A DNA stretch of 64,000 nucleotides from Hydrurus foetidus (GCA_900617105.1 UYFQ01000001.1:1984001-2048000), one strand, 5' to 3'. Positions 1 through 9,725 are shown, counted from the first letter of the stretch. Notes: generated from the sequence alone by a model not told the origin. Numbers and translations: made by a program.

Positions 1-223
1 GCGAGATGCTTGGCGATTTGGACAGCCTGTAGATTGGGAGCGCTTCAGAGGTTAATGAACGCGCCGTCAGCCCCTATTCAGACAAAAACTTTAAGCTATT
101 GCCTTGCAAATGAAAGCAGATGCTGCGTTGCAATAGAATTTGAGGGTTTACCAGAATCCACGACACCCACCACCAGTTACGCAGCGGTTACTGAAACTTT
201 TAAAACAATATTGAAAGCCACGC

Positions 224-667
224 ATGTCTGAATCTGCAACCACTGCCAAGAAGCGGCCCGAGTTCCGCAATATCAACGCGTTTACCGACCTGCCCAGCTA
301 TCGCTTGCCGGTGGCGGGCATCGTGTCCATCCTGCATCGCATCAGCGGCGCGATCATGTTCATTTTGCTGCCGTTTATTTTGTGGATGTTTGACAAGTCG
401 GTGTCGTCTGAGATTTCGTTTTCAACTTTTAAAGCTGCTTTTAATGTCGGCATGTTGGGCTTGCCCGGCTTTATGTGGAAGCTGGTTGCGCTGGCGCTCA
501 TTTGGGCTTATTTGCACCACGCGGTTGCAGGCTTGCGCCATTTGTGGTCTGACACACACCATTCGGCGGTGACCAAAGAATTCGGCAAAATCTCGGCCAT
601 TGCCACGCTGGCGATCAGCGTCACGCTCACTGTTGTACTGGGTGCCAAGCTGTTTGGCCTGTACTAA
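224..667 (+). CDS. sdhC: Succinate dehydrogenase cytochrome b556 subunit
   Basis: SILHRISG and HHAVAGLRHL heme-ligand motifs, 3 TM segments, first gene of the sdh operon. Confidence 0.97.
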   Translation: MSESATTAKKRPEFRNINAFTDLPSYRLPVAGIVSILHRISGAIMFILLPFILWMFDKSVSSEISFSTFKAAFNVGMLGLPGFMWKLVALALIWAYLHHAVAGLRHLWSDTHHSAVTKEFGKISAIATLAISVTLTVVLGAKLFGLY

Positions 668-726
668 TTTAAATTTTTGCGGGTTAGATCTTCAGCTCTG
701 ACCCCTACTGATCAGGAATCATATTT

Positions 727-1092
727 ATGGCAATCAATCACGGTACAAAACGCATTGTTGTAGGCGCACATTACGGCTTGCGCGACTGGCTGGCCCAGCG
801 CATTACTGCGGGCCTGATGGCGCTTTTCACCACCACCGTGGTAGCGCAGGTTTTGTTCAGCAAGGGCCCCATTGGTTACGATAAATGGGCAGGTATTTTT
901 TCATCGCAGTGGATGAAAGTGCTGACCTTCACGATCATCATTGCCCTCACGTATCACGTGTGGGTCGGCATGCGCGACATCTGGATGGACTACATCAAAC
1001 CCGTTGGCGTGCGCCTCGGTTTGCAAGTGTTCACCATTGTTTGGCTCACGGCTTGCGCGGCCTGGGGCGCGCAAGTATTAATGCGTCTGTAG
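727..1092 (+). CDS. sdhD: Succinate dehydrogenase membrane anchor subunit
   Basis: GLRDWLAQRITA and HVWVGMRDIWMDY motifs; operon position. Confidence 0.97.
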   Translation: MAINHGTKRIVVGAHYGLRDWLAQRITAGLMALFTTTVVAQVLFSKGPIGYDKWAGIFSSQWMKVLTFTIIIALTYHVWVGMRDIWMDYIKPVGVRLGLQVFTIVWLTACAAWGAQVLMRL

Positions 1093-1154
1093 ACATAGAT
1101 TTGACGAGTTTTTTGCTATTTTGCGTTGACCCCTCATTGAGTTCGAAAAAATAA

Positions 1155-2972
1155 ATGACTTCTCTCACCCCAACACCGGCCGCAGCATCCTCCAAGCTTC
1201 CTTCGCGTAAATTTGATGTAGTCATCGTCGGCGCTGGCGGCTCCGGAATGCGCGCCTCACTGCAGTTGGCACGCGCTGGCCTGAACGTTGCCGTGCTGAC
1301 CAAAGTGTTTCCGACTCGCTCGCACACAGTGGCTGCGCAGGGCGGCATCGGCGCGTCGCTCGGCAACATGAATGAAGACAACTGGCACTACCATTTTTTC
1401 GACACCGTCAAGGGCTCAGACTATTTGGGCGACCAGGACGCCATTGAATACATGTGCCGCGAAGCCCCCAAAGTGGTTTACGACCTGGAACACATGGGCA
1501 TGCCGTTTGACCGCAACCCGGACGGCACTATTTACCAGCGCCCTTTTGGTGGCCACACCGCCAACTACGGTGAAAAATCAGTCGAGCGAGCCTGCGCTGC
1601 CGCTGACCGTACCGGCCATGCCATGCTGCACACGCTGTACCAGCAAAATGTGAAAGAAAAAACCAACTTCTTCGTTGAATGGCTGGCGATGGACTTGATC
1701 CGCGACGCCGCCGGCGACGTCGTCGGTGTGACCGCACTCGAGATGGAAACCGGCGACGTGCATATTTTTGAAGCTAAAACCACGCTGCTGGCCACGGGCG
1801 GCGCGGGCCGTATTTTTGCAGCGTCAACCAACGCATTTATTAACACCGGCGACGGCCTAGGCATGGCCGCGCGCGCAGGCATTCCGCTTGAAGACATGGA
1901 GTTTTGGCAGTTTCACCCCACCGGCGTGGCCGGTGCAGGCGTGCTGCTGACTGAAGGCTGCCGCGGCGAAGGCGCAATTTTGCGCAACAGCGATGGCGAG
2001 CGTTTTATGGAGCGCTATGCGCCTGCCTACAAAGACTTGGCCCCGCGTGACTACGTGTCGCGTTGCATGGACCAAGAGATCAAAGAAGGCCGTGGCTGCG
2101 GCCCGAACAAGGACTACATCAACCTGGACATGACGCACTTGGGCGCAGACACCATCATGAAGCGCCTGCCGTCGGTGTTTGAGATTGGCCACAACTTTGC
2201 CAACGTCGACATCACCAAAGAGCCGATTCCGGTGGTGCCCACCATCCACTACCAAATGGGCGGCATACCGACCAATATTCACGGCCAAGTTGTCACGCAA
2301 AACGCTGATAACAAGAGCGAAGTGGTGACCGGCTTGTACGCGGTGGGCGAATGCTCTTGCGTCAGCGTACACGGCGCGAATCGTTTGGGCACCAATTCGC
2401 TGCTTGACTTGCTGGTGTTTGGCCGCGCTGCTGGCAACCACATTGTTGAGCACAACAAAACGACAGTTCACAAAGCCTTGCCTGCTGGTGCGGCGGACGC
2501 GACCCTGGCCCGCATTGCACGGCTAGACAGCGCCACTGACGGGGAATATGCACAAGACGTGGCCAACGACATTCGCAGCACCATGCAACTGCACGCAGGC
2601 GTTTTTCGCACGCAGGCCAGCATGGACGAAGGCGTTGCCGCCATCGCCAAGCTGCGCGAGCGCGTAAAAAAGATTGGCTTGAAAGACAAATCAAAAATCT
2701 TCAACACCGCGCGCATTGAAGCGCTTGAAGTTGAAAACCTGATTGAGTCCGCCGAGGCCACCATGGTCTCAGCCGCTGCCCGGCATGAAAGCCGAGGCGC
2801 GCATTCAGTCAACGACTACGGCGACACGCCTGCAAACCCTAACGGCCGCAACGACACCGATTGGCACAAGCACACGCTGTGGCACAGCAAAGGCAATCAA
2901 CTGACGTACAAGCCTGTGCAAATGACTCCGCTCACAGCCGAGTCCTTGCCACTTAAAGTCCGCACGTTCTAA
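1155..2972 (+). CDS. sdhA: Succinate dehydrogenase flavoprotein subunit
   Basis: GAGGSG Rossmann motif, RSHTVAAQGG FAD-attachment His, HGANRLG. Confidence 0.99.
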   Translation: MTSLTPTPAAASSKLPSRKFDVVIVGAGGSGMRASLQLARAGLNVAVLTKVFPTRSHTVAAQGGIGASLGNMNEDNWHYHFFDTVKGSDYLGDQDAIEYMCREAPKVVYDLEHMGMPFDRNPDGTIYQRPFGGHTANYGEKSVERACAAADRTGHAMLHTLYQQNVKEKTNFFVEWLAMDLIRDAAGDVVGVTALEMETGDVHIFEAKTTLLATGGAGRIFAASTNAFINTGDGLGMAARAGIPLEDMEFWQFHPTGVAGAGVLLTEGCRGEGAILRNSDGERFMERYAPAYKDLAPRDYVSRCMDQEIKEGRGCGPNKDYINLDMTHLGADTIMKRLPSVFEIGHNFANVDITKEPIPVVPTIHYQMGGIPTNIHGQVVTQNADNKSEVVTGLYAVGECSCVSVHGANRLGTNSLLDLLVFGRAAGNHIVEHNKTTVHKALPAGAADATLARIARLDSATDGEYAQDVANDIRSTMQLHAGVFRTQASMDEGVAAIAKLRERVKKIGLKDKSKIFNTARIEALEVENLIESAEATMVSAAARHESRGAHSVNDYGDTPANPNGRNDTDWHKHTLWHSKGNQLTYKPVQMTPLTAESLPLKVRTF

Positions 2973-3004
2973 ACCGTCTTCACTTTTTTACCTGAGTAAA
3001 CACC

Positions 3005-3709
3005 ATGGCAAAACGCACTTTCAACATCTACCGCTACGACCCCGATACGGATGCCAAGCCGTACATGCAAAAAATCGAAGTCGAGCTGGACGGCAGCGAG
3101 CGCATGCTGCTGGACGCCATCATGAAGCTCAAAGCACAAGATCCCACGATCAGCTTCAGACGTTCATGCCGTGAAGGCGTTTGCGGGTCTGACGCGATGA
3201 ACATCAACGGCAAAAACGGCCTGGCCTGCCTGACCAATATGCGCATGCTGCCAGACGTCATTACCCTCAAGCCGCTGCCCGGCCTGCCTGTGGTGCGCGA
3301 CCTGATCGTCGACATGACGCAGTTTTTTAAGCAATACAACTCGATCAAACCGTATTTGATCAACGACAACGTGCCGCCTGAAAAAGAACGCCTGCAAAGC
3401 CCTGAAGAGCGTGATGAGCTGAACGGCCTTTATGAGTGCATTTTGTGCGCTAGCTGCTCCACCGCATGCCCGAGTTTTTGGTGGAACCCGGATAAGTTTG
3501 TGGGCCCTGCGGGCTTACTGCAAGCGTATCGATTCATCGCCGACAGTCGCGACCAAGGCACTGCCGAGCGGCTGGACAATTTAGAAGATCCGTACCGTTT
3601 GTTCCGCTGCCACACCATCATGAACTGCGTTGATGTTTGCCCCAAGGGCTTGAACCCGACCAAGGCCATTGGCAAAATCAAAGAGATGATGGTTTTGCGG
3701 TCCGTCTGA
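3005..3709 (+). CDS. sdhB: Succinate dehydrogenase iron-sulfur subunit
   Basis: SCREGVCGSD, CILCASCSTACP and CHTIMNCVDVCP Fe-S motifs. Confidence 0.99.
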   Translation: MAKRTFNIYRYDPDTDAKPYMQKIEVELDGSERMLLDAIMKLKAQDPTISFRRSCREGVCGSDAMNINGKNGLACLTNMRMLPDVITLKPLPGLPVVRDLIVDMTQFFKQYNSIKPYLINDNVPPEKERLQSPEERDELNGLYECILCASCSTACPSFWWNPDKFVGPAGLLQAYRFIADSRDQGTAERLDNLEDPYRLFRCHTIMNCVDVCPKGLNPTKAIGKIKEMMVLRSV

Positions 3710-3711
3710 AA

Positions 3712-4017
3712 ATGACTGCCAGCGCTGAACTTTTAGACGAAAGGGCCTTCAGCAAGCTGCGCTGGCGCAGCAGGCGCGGGCTGCTTGAAAATGACTTGCT
3801 GATTGAGAAGTTTTTCAACCGCTTTGAGTCGTCATTGACAGTAGGGCAAGCCAAAGGCATGACAGACCTCATGGAGCTGTCTGATAACGATCTGCTCGAC
3901 CTGTTGCTACGCCGCAAAGAGCCCCATCAACTTAAAGACCCGCAATGTCAGGCATCTGCCTCTACTTTTGAAGCGCTCGGCGTTTTAGACTTGCTCCGGC
4001 CTTCGACTCTTCAGTAA
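3712..4017 (+). CDS. sdhE: FAD assembly factor SdhE
   Basis: [15 protein letters not shown] (RGxxE motif); start re-called to ATG 3712 just after the sdhB stop. Confidence 0.93.
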   Translation: MTASAELLDERAFSKLRWRSRRGLLENDLLIEKFFNRFESSLTVGQAKGMTDLMELSDNDLLDLLLRRKEPHQLKDPQCQASASTFEALGVLDLLRPSTLQ

Positions 4018-4066
4018 TCTGCATCCGCATTCCTGCCTATTCCCATTCAATCGAAAGAAGCACTCC

Positions 4067-5377
4067 ATGAAGCTCGCTGATAACAAAGCAACCCTGTCGT
4101 TCAGTAACGGTAGTCCCAGTATTGAAATGCCGATTTATCACGGCAGCGTGGGCCCAGACGTGGTCGACATTCGCAAGTTGTACGCTCAAACCGGCATGTT
4201 TACATATGACCCGGGGTTTTTGTCGACTGCAGCCTGCCAATCGGCCATCACTTATATTGACGGCGACAAAGGTGAGTTGCTGTACCGTGGCTACCCCATT
4301 GAGCAACTGGCCACCAACTGCGACTATTTAGAGACCTGCCATTTGCTGCTGCACGGCGAGCTGCCCAACGCAACGCAAAAAAAGGACTTCACCAGCTTGG
4401 TGACCAACCACACGATGGTTAACGAGCAGATGCAGTTTTTTCTGCGCGGCTTCAGGCGCGATGCGCATCCGATGGCCATCATGACCGGGCTGGTTGGCGC
4501 ACTGTCGGCGTTTTATCACGACAGCACAGACATCACCAACCCCGAGCATCGTGAAATTTCAGCCATTCGGTTGATTGCCAAAATGCCCACCCTGGTCGCC
4601 ATGGCCTACAAGTACACGATGGGCCAGCCCTACATGTACCCGAAAAATTCACTGAGTTATGCAGGCAACTTTTTGCACATGATGTTCGCCACGCCGTGCG
4701 AAGAATACAAAGTTAACCCAGTGCTTGAACGCGCGCTTGACCGCATCTTCATCCTGCACGCAGACCACGAACAAAACGCATCGACCTCGACCGTGCGCCT
4801 TTGCGGCTCGTCAGGCACCAACCCGTTTGCAGCCATTGCAGCCGGTGTCGCCTGCCTGTGGGGCCCAGCTCACGGCGGCGCGAATGAAGCCGCACTGAAC
4901 ATGTTGGGCGACATTCAAAAAAACGGCGGCATTGAAAAAATCGGCGACTTTATCAAACAAGTCAAAGACAAAAACTCCGGCGTCAAACTGATGGGATTCG
5001 GCCACCGCGTGTACAAAAACTACGACCCACGCGCCAAGCTGATGCAAGAAACCTGCAAAGAAGTGCTGATGGAAATGGGTCTGCAAAACGACCCGCTCTT
5101 CAAGTTGGCCATGGCGCTTGAGAAAATTGCACTGGAAGACGACTACTTTGTTAGCCGCAAGTTGTACCCCAACGTCGATTTCTACTCTGGTATTGTGCAA
5201 AAAGCGATTGGCATCCCCGTGCCGCTGTTTACAGCTGTTTTTGCACTGGCCCGCACGGTTGGCTGGATTGCCCAGCTAAACGAAATGATCGGCGACCCTG
5301 AATACAAAATTGGCCGCCCTCGCCAGTTGTTTACCGGCTCAGTAGCTCGGGACGTCAAACCAATCGCCCAGCGTTAA
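4067..5377 (+). CDS. gltA: Citrate synthase (type II)
   Basis: [42 protein letters not shown]. Confidence 0.99.
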   Translation: MKLADNKATLSFSNGSPSIEMPIYHGSVGPDVVDIRKLYAQTGMFTYDPGFLSTAACQSAITYIDGDKGELLYRGYPIEQLATNCDYLETCHLLLHGELPNATQKKDFTSLVTNHTMVNEQMQFFLRGFRRDAHPMAIMTGLVGALSAFYHDSTDITNPEHREISAIRLIAKMPTLVAMAYKYTMGQPYMYPKNSLSYAGNFLHMMFATPCEEYKVNPVLERALDRIFILHADHEQNASTSTVRLCGSSGTNPFAAIAAGVACLWGPAHGGANEAALNMLGDIQKNGGIEKIGDFIKQVKDKNSGVKLMGFGHRVYKNYDPRAKLMQETCKEVLMEMGLQNDPLFKLAMALEKIALEDDYFVSRKLYPNVDFYSGIVQKAIGIPVPLFTAVFALARTVGWIAQLNEMIGDPEYKIGRPRQLFTGSVARDVKPIAQR

Positions 5378-5407
5378 AACGAAAGTAGAAGAACGAATCT
5401 AACTGTT

Positions 5408-5444
5408 AAAAAGCTCCCGGCGCCTAGCCGCCGGGAGCTTTTTT
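5408..5444. terminator. Bidirectional intrinsic terminator between convergent gltA and the pseudouridine synthase gene
   Basis: AAAAA-GCTCCCGGCG-cctagc-CGCCGGGAGC-TTTTTT: perfect 10-bp stem flanked by A and T tracts. Confidence 0.9.
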
Positions 5445-5455
5445 AACGCCAGCTC

Positions 5456-5503
5456 GCTATGTATTTAATAGCTGCTAGCGCCCGTATTTATTGATCAAAA
5501 GCC
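5456..5503 (+). repeat. Dispersed ~48-bp repeat (family A), copy 1 of 10
   Basis: GCTATGTATTTAATAGCTGCTAGCGCCCGTATTTATTG matches the consensus GCTAN8ATAGCTGCTNGCGCCCGTATTTATTGGGCT seen elsewhere in the window. Confidence 0.85.
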
Positions 5504-5532
5504 TCAAACTATGCCTAAAAATGGCATTAAAA

Positions 5533-6282
5533 TCACTTTTTTTCAGCATTTGAAATAGACTGCAGATCCTGCGCGCTCAGCCAGCGCCACTGGCCGGGCA
5601 GCAGGTCAATCGGCAAGGTTAAGTCGCCGATTCGTGAGCGATGCAAGCCGCCTGCTTCTTCGACGCGATTTCCCACCGCAGCGAGCATTCTTTTGACTTG
5701 GTGATACTTGCCTTCAGTGAGCGTCAAACTGAGTTTGTTCGTGCCGGTTTGCACGCAGGCAGCTGCTTTGACGGGCTTGGGGTCGTCATCAAGCACCACG
5801 CCGGCCAACAGTTTTTGAATTTGCACATGGGTCACCTCATGCTTGGCGGTGACTTCATACACCTTGGCAACATGGTGTTTGGGTGAGCTCATGCGGTGTA
5901 TGAATTTGCCATCGTCGCTCAGCAGCAGCAAGCCTGTGGTGTCTTGGTCCAGTCGGCCAACAGCCTGCACCCCGGCTGCGGCGCCGCCACCCCGCTGGCG
6001 TATTGGCGAAGGCAAAAGCGTGTAAATGCTGGGGTGGGTGCTAGGTTTTTGCGAGCATTCATAGCCTGCGGGCTTGTGCAGCATCAGGTACGCTTTTTCG
6101 TAATACTGCCAACTTACGCCTTGCACCCTGAACTGCAAGCTATCTGCTATGAATTCTGTAGCTGGTTGCGCCTGTACTTCATGGGCTACAGCCACTAAAC
6201 CTTGCTGTATCAGGCCCGCGCACACGCGCCGCGTGCCGAAACCCTGGCTAAAAAGAATATCTTGCAGTTGCATTGTTTTCAT
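5533..6282 (-). CDS. rsuA: RsuA-family rRNA pseudouridine synthase
   Basis: N-terminal S4-like domain, GRLDQDTTGLLL catalytic Asp motif, EGKYHQVKRM; start 6282 or 6273. Confidence 0.88.
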   Translation of the reverse strand: MKTMQLQDILFSQGFGTRRVCAGLIQQGLVAVAHEVQAQPATEFIADSLQFRVQGVSWQYYEKAYLMLHKPAGYECSQKPSTHPSIYTLLPSPIRQRGGGAAAGVQAVGRLDQDTTGLLLLSDDGKFIHRMSSPKHHVAKVYEVTAKHEVTHVQIQKLLAGVVLDDDPKPVKAAACVQTGTNKLSLTLTEGKYHQVKRMLAAVGNRVEEAGGLHRSRIGDLTLPIDLLPGQWRWLSAQDLQSISNAEKK

Positions 6283-6409
6283 CTGGATATTGTCGCTTCG
6301 CCGGAAGTTTGGCAAAACCTCGTCTAATCGGGCCGGTAGCTTGCACGCTGAACTCGGTCGGCTTTCCCGGCTTGGTACACTGAGCCGCGTAAGTTACCGT
6401 AGTTCACAA

Positions 6410-7171
6410 ATGCAAACTTTTTACCTCGCCTACTGGCCAGTTTTGGGAACCGTTGGGTTGATTGCTGCTTTTGCCGCTGGTGCTTTCGTGGCTGCCTGGT
6501 TAGCTAGGCGAGCAGCGCACCTGCGAAGAAAGGCGCCCAAGCAGTGGCCGCTTAGCCCTCGAGCCATCATCAATTCTGAAGAGCGAAAGATATGGCGCTG
6601 GTTGGAGCTGGCCTTTGTCGACTACTCCGTGATGGTGAAGCTGCCGGTCACCAGGTTTTCCATTCCAAATTCAGCCGAGCAAGGCCTTCGCTGGTATGAG
6701 CTGCTCAGCAGCCTGTATTGCACGTTTACAGTGGTGCGGGCCGACGGCCGCGTCATGGGCTGCGTAGATTTGCCCTCGCGCGCTGGACGGCCAAGCAAGG
6801 CGCAGCGCATGAAAGCTTCCATGCTGGCGCAATGCGGCATTGCCTACCTCGTGTTGCAGCAGGGAACCGAGCCAACGGTTGCCCAAATCCGCTTCAAGTT
6901 CTTGGGCGAATTGGCGTCTGCAATGCCGCAAGGCAACTATCAGGCGGCGGCTATTCAGGCAGCCAGCTCCAGCCTGCGCAGCTCAATCACGCGCAGCCGA
7001 CAAATCAGACAAGGCGACAGCGGCCCAGCGCCTCTGTCGCCCTCTTCACCCGCGCCGTTGATGCGCACCGACTCAGAGTACGCGGGCTTGGCCTCAAGCG
7101 GTTTTAATGCGCAATGGCAAGACGACTCCTTCATCATGCCGCTGGACAGCCGCAAAGGTGGCCTGAAATGA
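6410..7171 (+). CDS. Membrane-anchored DUF2726-like protein
   Basis: N-terminal TM helix followed by PRAIINSEE...VMVKLPVTRF...CTFTV...GCVDL...K..ML.QCGI pattern; start re-called to ATG 6410. Confidence 0.65.
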   Translation: MQTFYLAYWPVLGTVGLIAAFAAGAFVAAWLARRAAHLRRKAPKQWPLSPRAIINSEERKIWRWLELAFVDYSVMVKLPVTRFSIPNSAEQGLRWYELLSSLYCTFTVVRADGRVMGCVDLPSRAGRPSKAQRMKASMLAQCGIAYLVLQQGTEPTVAQIRFKFLGELASAMPQGNYQAAAIQAASSSLRSSITRSRQIRQGDSGPAPLSPSSPAPLMRTDSEYAGLASSGFNAQWQDDSFIMPLDSRKGGLK

Positions 7172-7178
7172 GCCCGCA

Positions 7179-7236
7179 AAAGAAAAAAGGCCGCTAACTG
7201 GTTGGTGTTAGCGGCCCTTAAACGGTCGTATGGTGG
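7179..7236. repeat. att site, ssrA-distal copy
   Basis: 56/58 identical to 12919-12976 (mismatches at 7200 and 7205); contains the ssrA terminator hairpin and TGGTGG (CCACCA 3' end). Confidence 0.93.
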
Positions 7237-7304
7237 GCTGGGGTCAATTGAATGATGAATTGAAACCCGCATAAACATTGGGTTTCACTGTTCTGTAAGT
7301 CGGT

Positions 7305-7326
7305 TTGTTCCCCCGTTTGCTCCCCC
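7305..7326. repeat. Putative integrase arm-type sites (2 copies)
   Basis: TTGTTCCCCC and TTGCTCCCCC in tandem with 12-bp period; the same motif occurs 6 times at the other island end. Confidence 0.75.
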
Positions 7327-7365
7327 GTTTTGGGTCTGGTACAGCCTCTTTCCAAGTCCCAAAAT

Positions 7366-7764
7366 TTAAAGACTCTTTCCTCTAGCCTGTGCAATCTGTC
7401 CTAAGTAGATGCTGCAAAGCATTTCTGCCCTATACGACCCTACACTTCCCACCCCAAAGATAAAGTCATAGTCATACCGAAAATCACCATCCATATTTAC
7501 TACGACGGCCTTGCCTTGTTTTTTTATGCAATCCGAAGTTTTAACGTACAGTTTTTGAACAGTGATTTGGCGGGTAATTTTGTTATCTTCCTTCTCTGTC
7601 CATACGACTACCTCTTCAGCGCTCTTGTTTAAACGCAGCTCGTATGAGTTTTTAAGACCCTGCCACGCTGTTGAGTTGTCACTATTTGCTGTGAGGTCAA
7701 CCCAGTCACTGGCGTACGTTGTCAATGCTGACATCAATGCCAAAGACACCAATAACCGTTTCAT
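7366..7764 (-). CDS. Exported hypothetical protein (island cargo)
   Basis: MKRLLVSLALMSALTTYA signal peptide, two Cys, AT-rich DNA; start re-called to ATG 7764. Confidence 0.7.
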   Translation of the reverse strand: MKRLLVSLALMSALTTYASDWVDLTANSDNSTAWQGLKNSYELRLNKSAEEVVVWTEKEDNKITRQITVQKLYVKTSDCIKKQGKAVVVNMDGDFRYDYDFIFGVGSVGSYRAEMLCSIYLGQIAQARGKSL

Positions 7765-7890
7765 ATTCCACGCCATTGCGATTCCACTTGCAGCGATTTC
7801 ACCCACTGTCCTTACACAAATAATACTATGTCACAACTTGCTGTTTCCGTCTGAAGCAAATACTTAAGGCTTTCCGGGGTTTAACAGTAA

Positions 7891-8112
7891 TTATTCGCAC
7901 CACTTCTTTTGCTTCCGCAGGGCCTGACTCAATGCGTTAACGGCTTGCCGTAGTTGAAGCCAGTTCCCGCCGCTCCAAGCGTTGCGCGCCACCACAGCCT
8001 TACCCTCGGGGCTTTTTGGCCTGGTGGACTGATTCCACGGTTTCCACTGCCTGATGGCTTCGCTTTGCCGTTTGCGCCGCTGTGGTGTCCATCCATTTGT
8101 ATGCTTGCCCAT
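7891..8112 (-). CDS. Small basic island protein (WKPW..ST.PKSPEGK...RNA, HGGxSTG-domain-like tail)
   Basis: GGAGG RBS before ATG 8112; STRPKSPEGKAVVARNA resembles the STGP(K/R)T.EG motif of small mobile-element proteins. Confidence 0.65.
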   Translation of the reverse strand: MGKHTNGWTPQRRKRQSEAIRQWKPWNQSTRPKSPEGKAVVARNAWSGGNWLQLRQAVNALSQALRKQKKWCE

Positions 8113-8677
8113 GATCAGCCTCCAATAGTTTGTTTTGCTGAAGTTTGGATTTTCCCGCGCGCGGGCGCGCCTGTGCGGAACGTTCAGCATCAACACGAGC
8201 CGCCGCGCCGTTGTTGACTTGTTGCGGCCCGTTGGCAATGTTGGCCTGCTTTACAAACGTGGCCTGCTTGGGGAATTTCAAGTCAAACAGCGCCGTAATG
8301 GTTGCCCGGCTCTGTGCCTGCGCTTTTAAAGCAAGCCCCAAAAAAGATTCGAAGTGCTTTTGGTATTCCTGCAAATTCGCCCGCCGTGCCAGGCTGGTGA
8401 ATATGGTCTGCAGCGCCGTGGCTTGACTGATCAGCATGGCTTCTAGGTTGTGCAGATCACCTCCCTTCACCTCAGCAAATGTGCTGCGCAGCTCATCGAT
8501 CAAAACGCTTAAATCAGCGTCCTTGCCCATGATGTTGCCCTGATAGGCCTGAACCACCACAGCGCCATTCACAGACGGTTCTAACGCCATACGCGCCTTG
8601 GCTGCCGTGGTCAACTCGACCGCCGGGGCTGCTTTGGGTTTTGCCAATTGTTTAATTGATTGCTTGGTCGCGGCCAT
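8000..8677 (-). CDS. Hypothetical island protein, alpha-helical
   Basis: 225-aa ORF containing LEAMLISQATAL...LALKAQAQSRAT...KQANIANGPQQVNN, a pattern I recall from small proteobacterial integrative elements. Confidence 0.75.
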   Translation of the reverse strand: MAATKQSIKQLAKPKAAPAVELTTAAKARMALEPSVNGAVVVQAYQGNIMGKDADLSVLIDELRSTFAEVKGGDLHNLEAMLISQATALQTIFTSLARRANLQEYQKHFESFLGLALKAQAQSRATITALFDLKFPKQATFVKQANIANGPQQVNNGAAARVDAERSAQARPRAGKSKLQQNKLLEADHGQAYKWMDTTAAQTAKRSHQAVETVESVHQAKKPRG

Positions 8678-8783
8678 GTTGCCCCTTGATGTTGGAATCG
8701 TTGAATTGACTGGTTATTGCAGTCGGCTGAAAGGCAATGCAAAGCCCGATAAACAAAGCAGCAGATGGCTTATCTATAAAGGT

Positions 8784-8915
8784 GTCCACGGCTGAAACAT
8801 TGAAACCACCTGAAAAGCCGCCTGCAAGTCCACGGCTGAAACCATAGCCCCCCGTTTTGCTGGTGCATGGTTTCGCTAGCGGACTTATAGCTTGCTGCAT
8901 GTTTCAGCCCTGGAC
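8784..8915. repeat. Iteron-like cluster, putative replication origin
   Basis: GTCCACGGCTGAAAC at 8784-8798 and 8828-8842; inverted GTCC-N6-GAAAC copies at 8870-8884 and 8901-8915. Confidence 0.65.
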
Positions 8916-9391
8916 AAAGGTTTGTGTTTTGCAAGCGATGGCAGGCCGCCGTTGGGCACTGCCCAGTCTCGCTTAACTTTGATGGCAGGCATAGCCAGTG
9001 GCGTGCTGGCCCGGTAGGCTTTGGGCTTGAAGTTGGCCAGCGCTTCATCATCAAACTTGTTTGACATGTCAAGCGCGAACCACGTCAACGCCAGCAGCTC
9101 GCAAGTGCTGGGCATATGACCCTTGCGGGTTACGTACACAAAGCCTGCATTGATCAATTCAGCCTTGCAGCGCCACAGCGTAGTGCGTGACTTCCAGCCC
9201 CGCTTGCTGACCACCGACCAGGCCACCGTTAAATTGCCGTTGTTGTTGCCCCGGTATTGCCCGGCCAGCTCGAGCAGCAACTTGCAGGCGTGTGGGCTAA
9301 GGGCAGTAAACGCGGGGCATTCAAACACGCTGTGAACAATGCCCGTAAAGCCCTCGGTGTATTTGCTGCCCTTGTATTTACTGCCCGCCAT
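8885..9391 (-). CDS. Winged-HTH protein, putative replication initiator
   Basis: F.ALSPHACKLLLEL...NNG.L......KRGWKS.TT.....EL...GF...TR.G pattern of phage-type HTH Rep proteins; iteron-like repeats at its 3' end. Confidence 0.6.
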   Translation of the reverse strand: MAGSKYKGSKYTEGFTGIVHSVFECPAFTALSPHACKLLLELAGQYRGNNNGNLTVAWSVVSKRGWKSRTTLWRCKAELINAGFVYVTRKGHMPSTCELLALTWFALDMSNKFDDEALANFKPKAYRASTPLAMPAIKVKRDWAVPNGGLPSLAKHKPLSRAETCSKL

Positions 9392-9725
9392 GGTGGCCAG
9401 CCCCACTATTCAGCACGTACAAGCCCACACGGTGGCGCTCGTTCGCTTCAGTCACCACCGTCTGCCAGTGCGTAATGATGTTGTGCCCCTGCTTGCGCAG
9501 CTGCAACACCCGCGCAGGGCAGTGGTACACGTCCAGGTAGCGCATGGCCTCAAACGTGGTGACTGGGTAGCGTGACAACGCCTCCAGTAGCCTTGCAGCT
9601 TGCGAACGGCTGGCAGTGCCTTTAAACTGGTTTCTAATAGCTTCAAGGGCTGCCTTCTTTTCAAAAGAGGCAGCCTTCTTTTTTTCTGGCTCTGTCGGCT
9701 CGACGGGGTGTTGATCAATGCTCAT
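9378..9725 (-). CDS. HTH domain protein (HTH_39-like)
   Basis: SQAARLLEAL...VTTFEAMRYLDVYHCPARVLQLRKQGHNI; ATGA overlap with the upstream ORF; start re-called to 9725. Confidence 0.75.
   Translation of the reverse strand: MSIDQHPVEPTEPEKKKAASFEKKAALEAIRNQFKGTASRSQAARLLEALSRYPVTTFEAMRYLDVYHCPARVLQLRKQGHNIITHWQTVVTEANERHRVGLYVLNSGAGHHGGQ

Noticed and set aside
10..231. 73-aa ORF upstream of sdhC
   Set aside because: No recognisable motif; it overlaps the expected sdh promoter/leader region.
6149..6409. N-terminal extension of the 340-aa ORF
   Set aside because: Overlaps the divergent pseudouridine synthase gene; ATG 6410 before the TM helix is more plausible.
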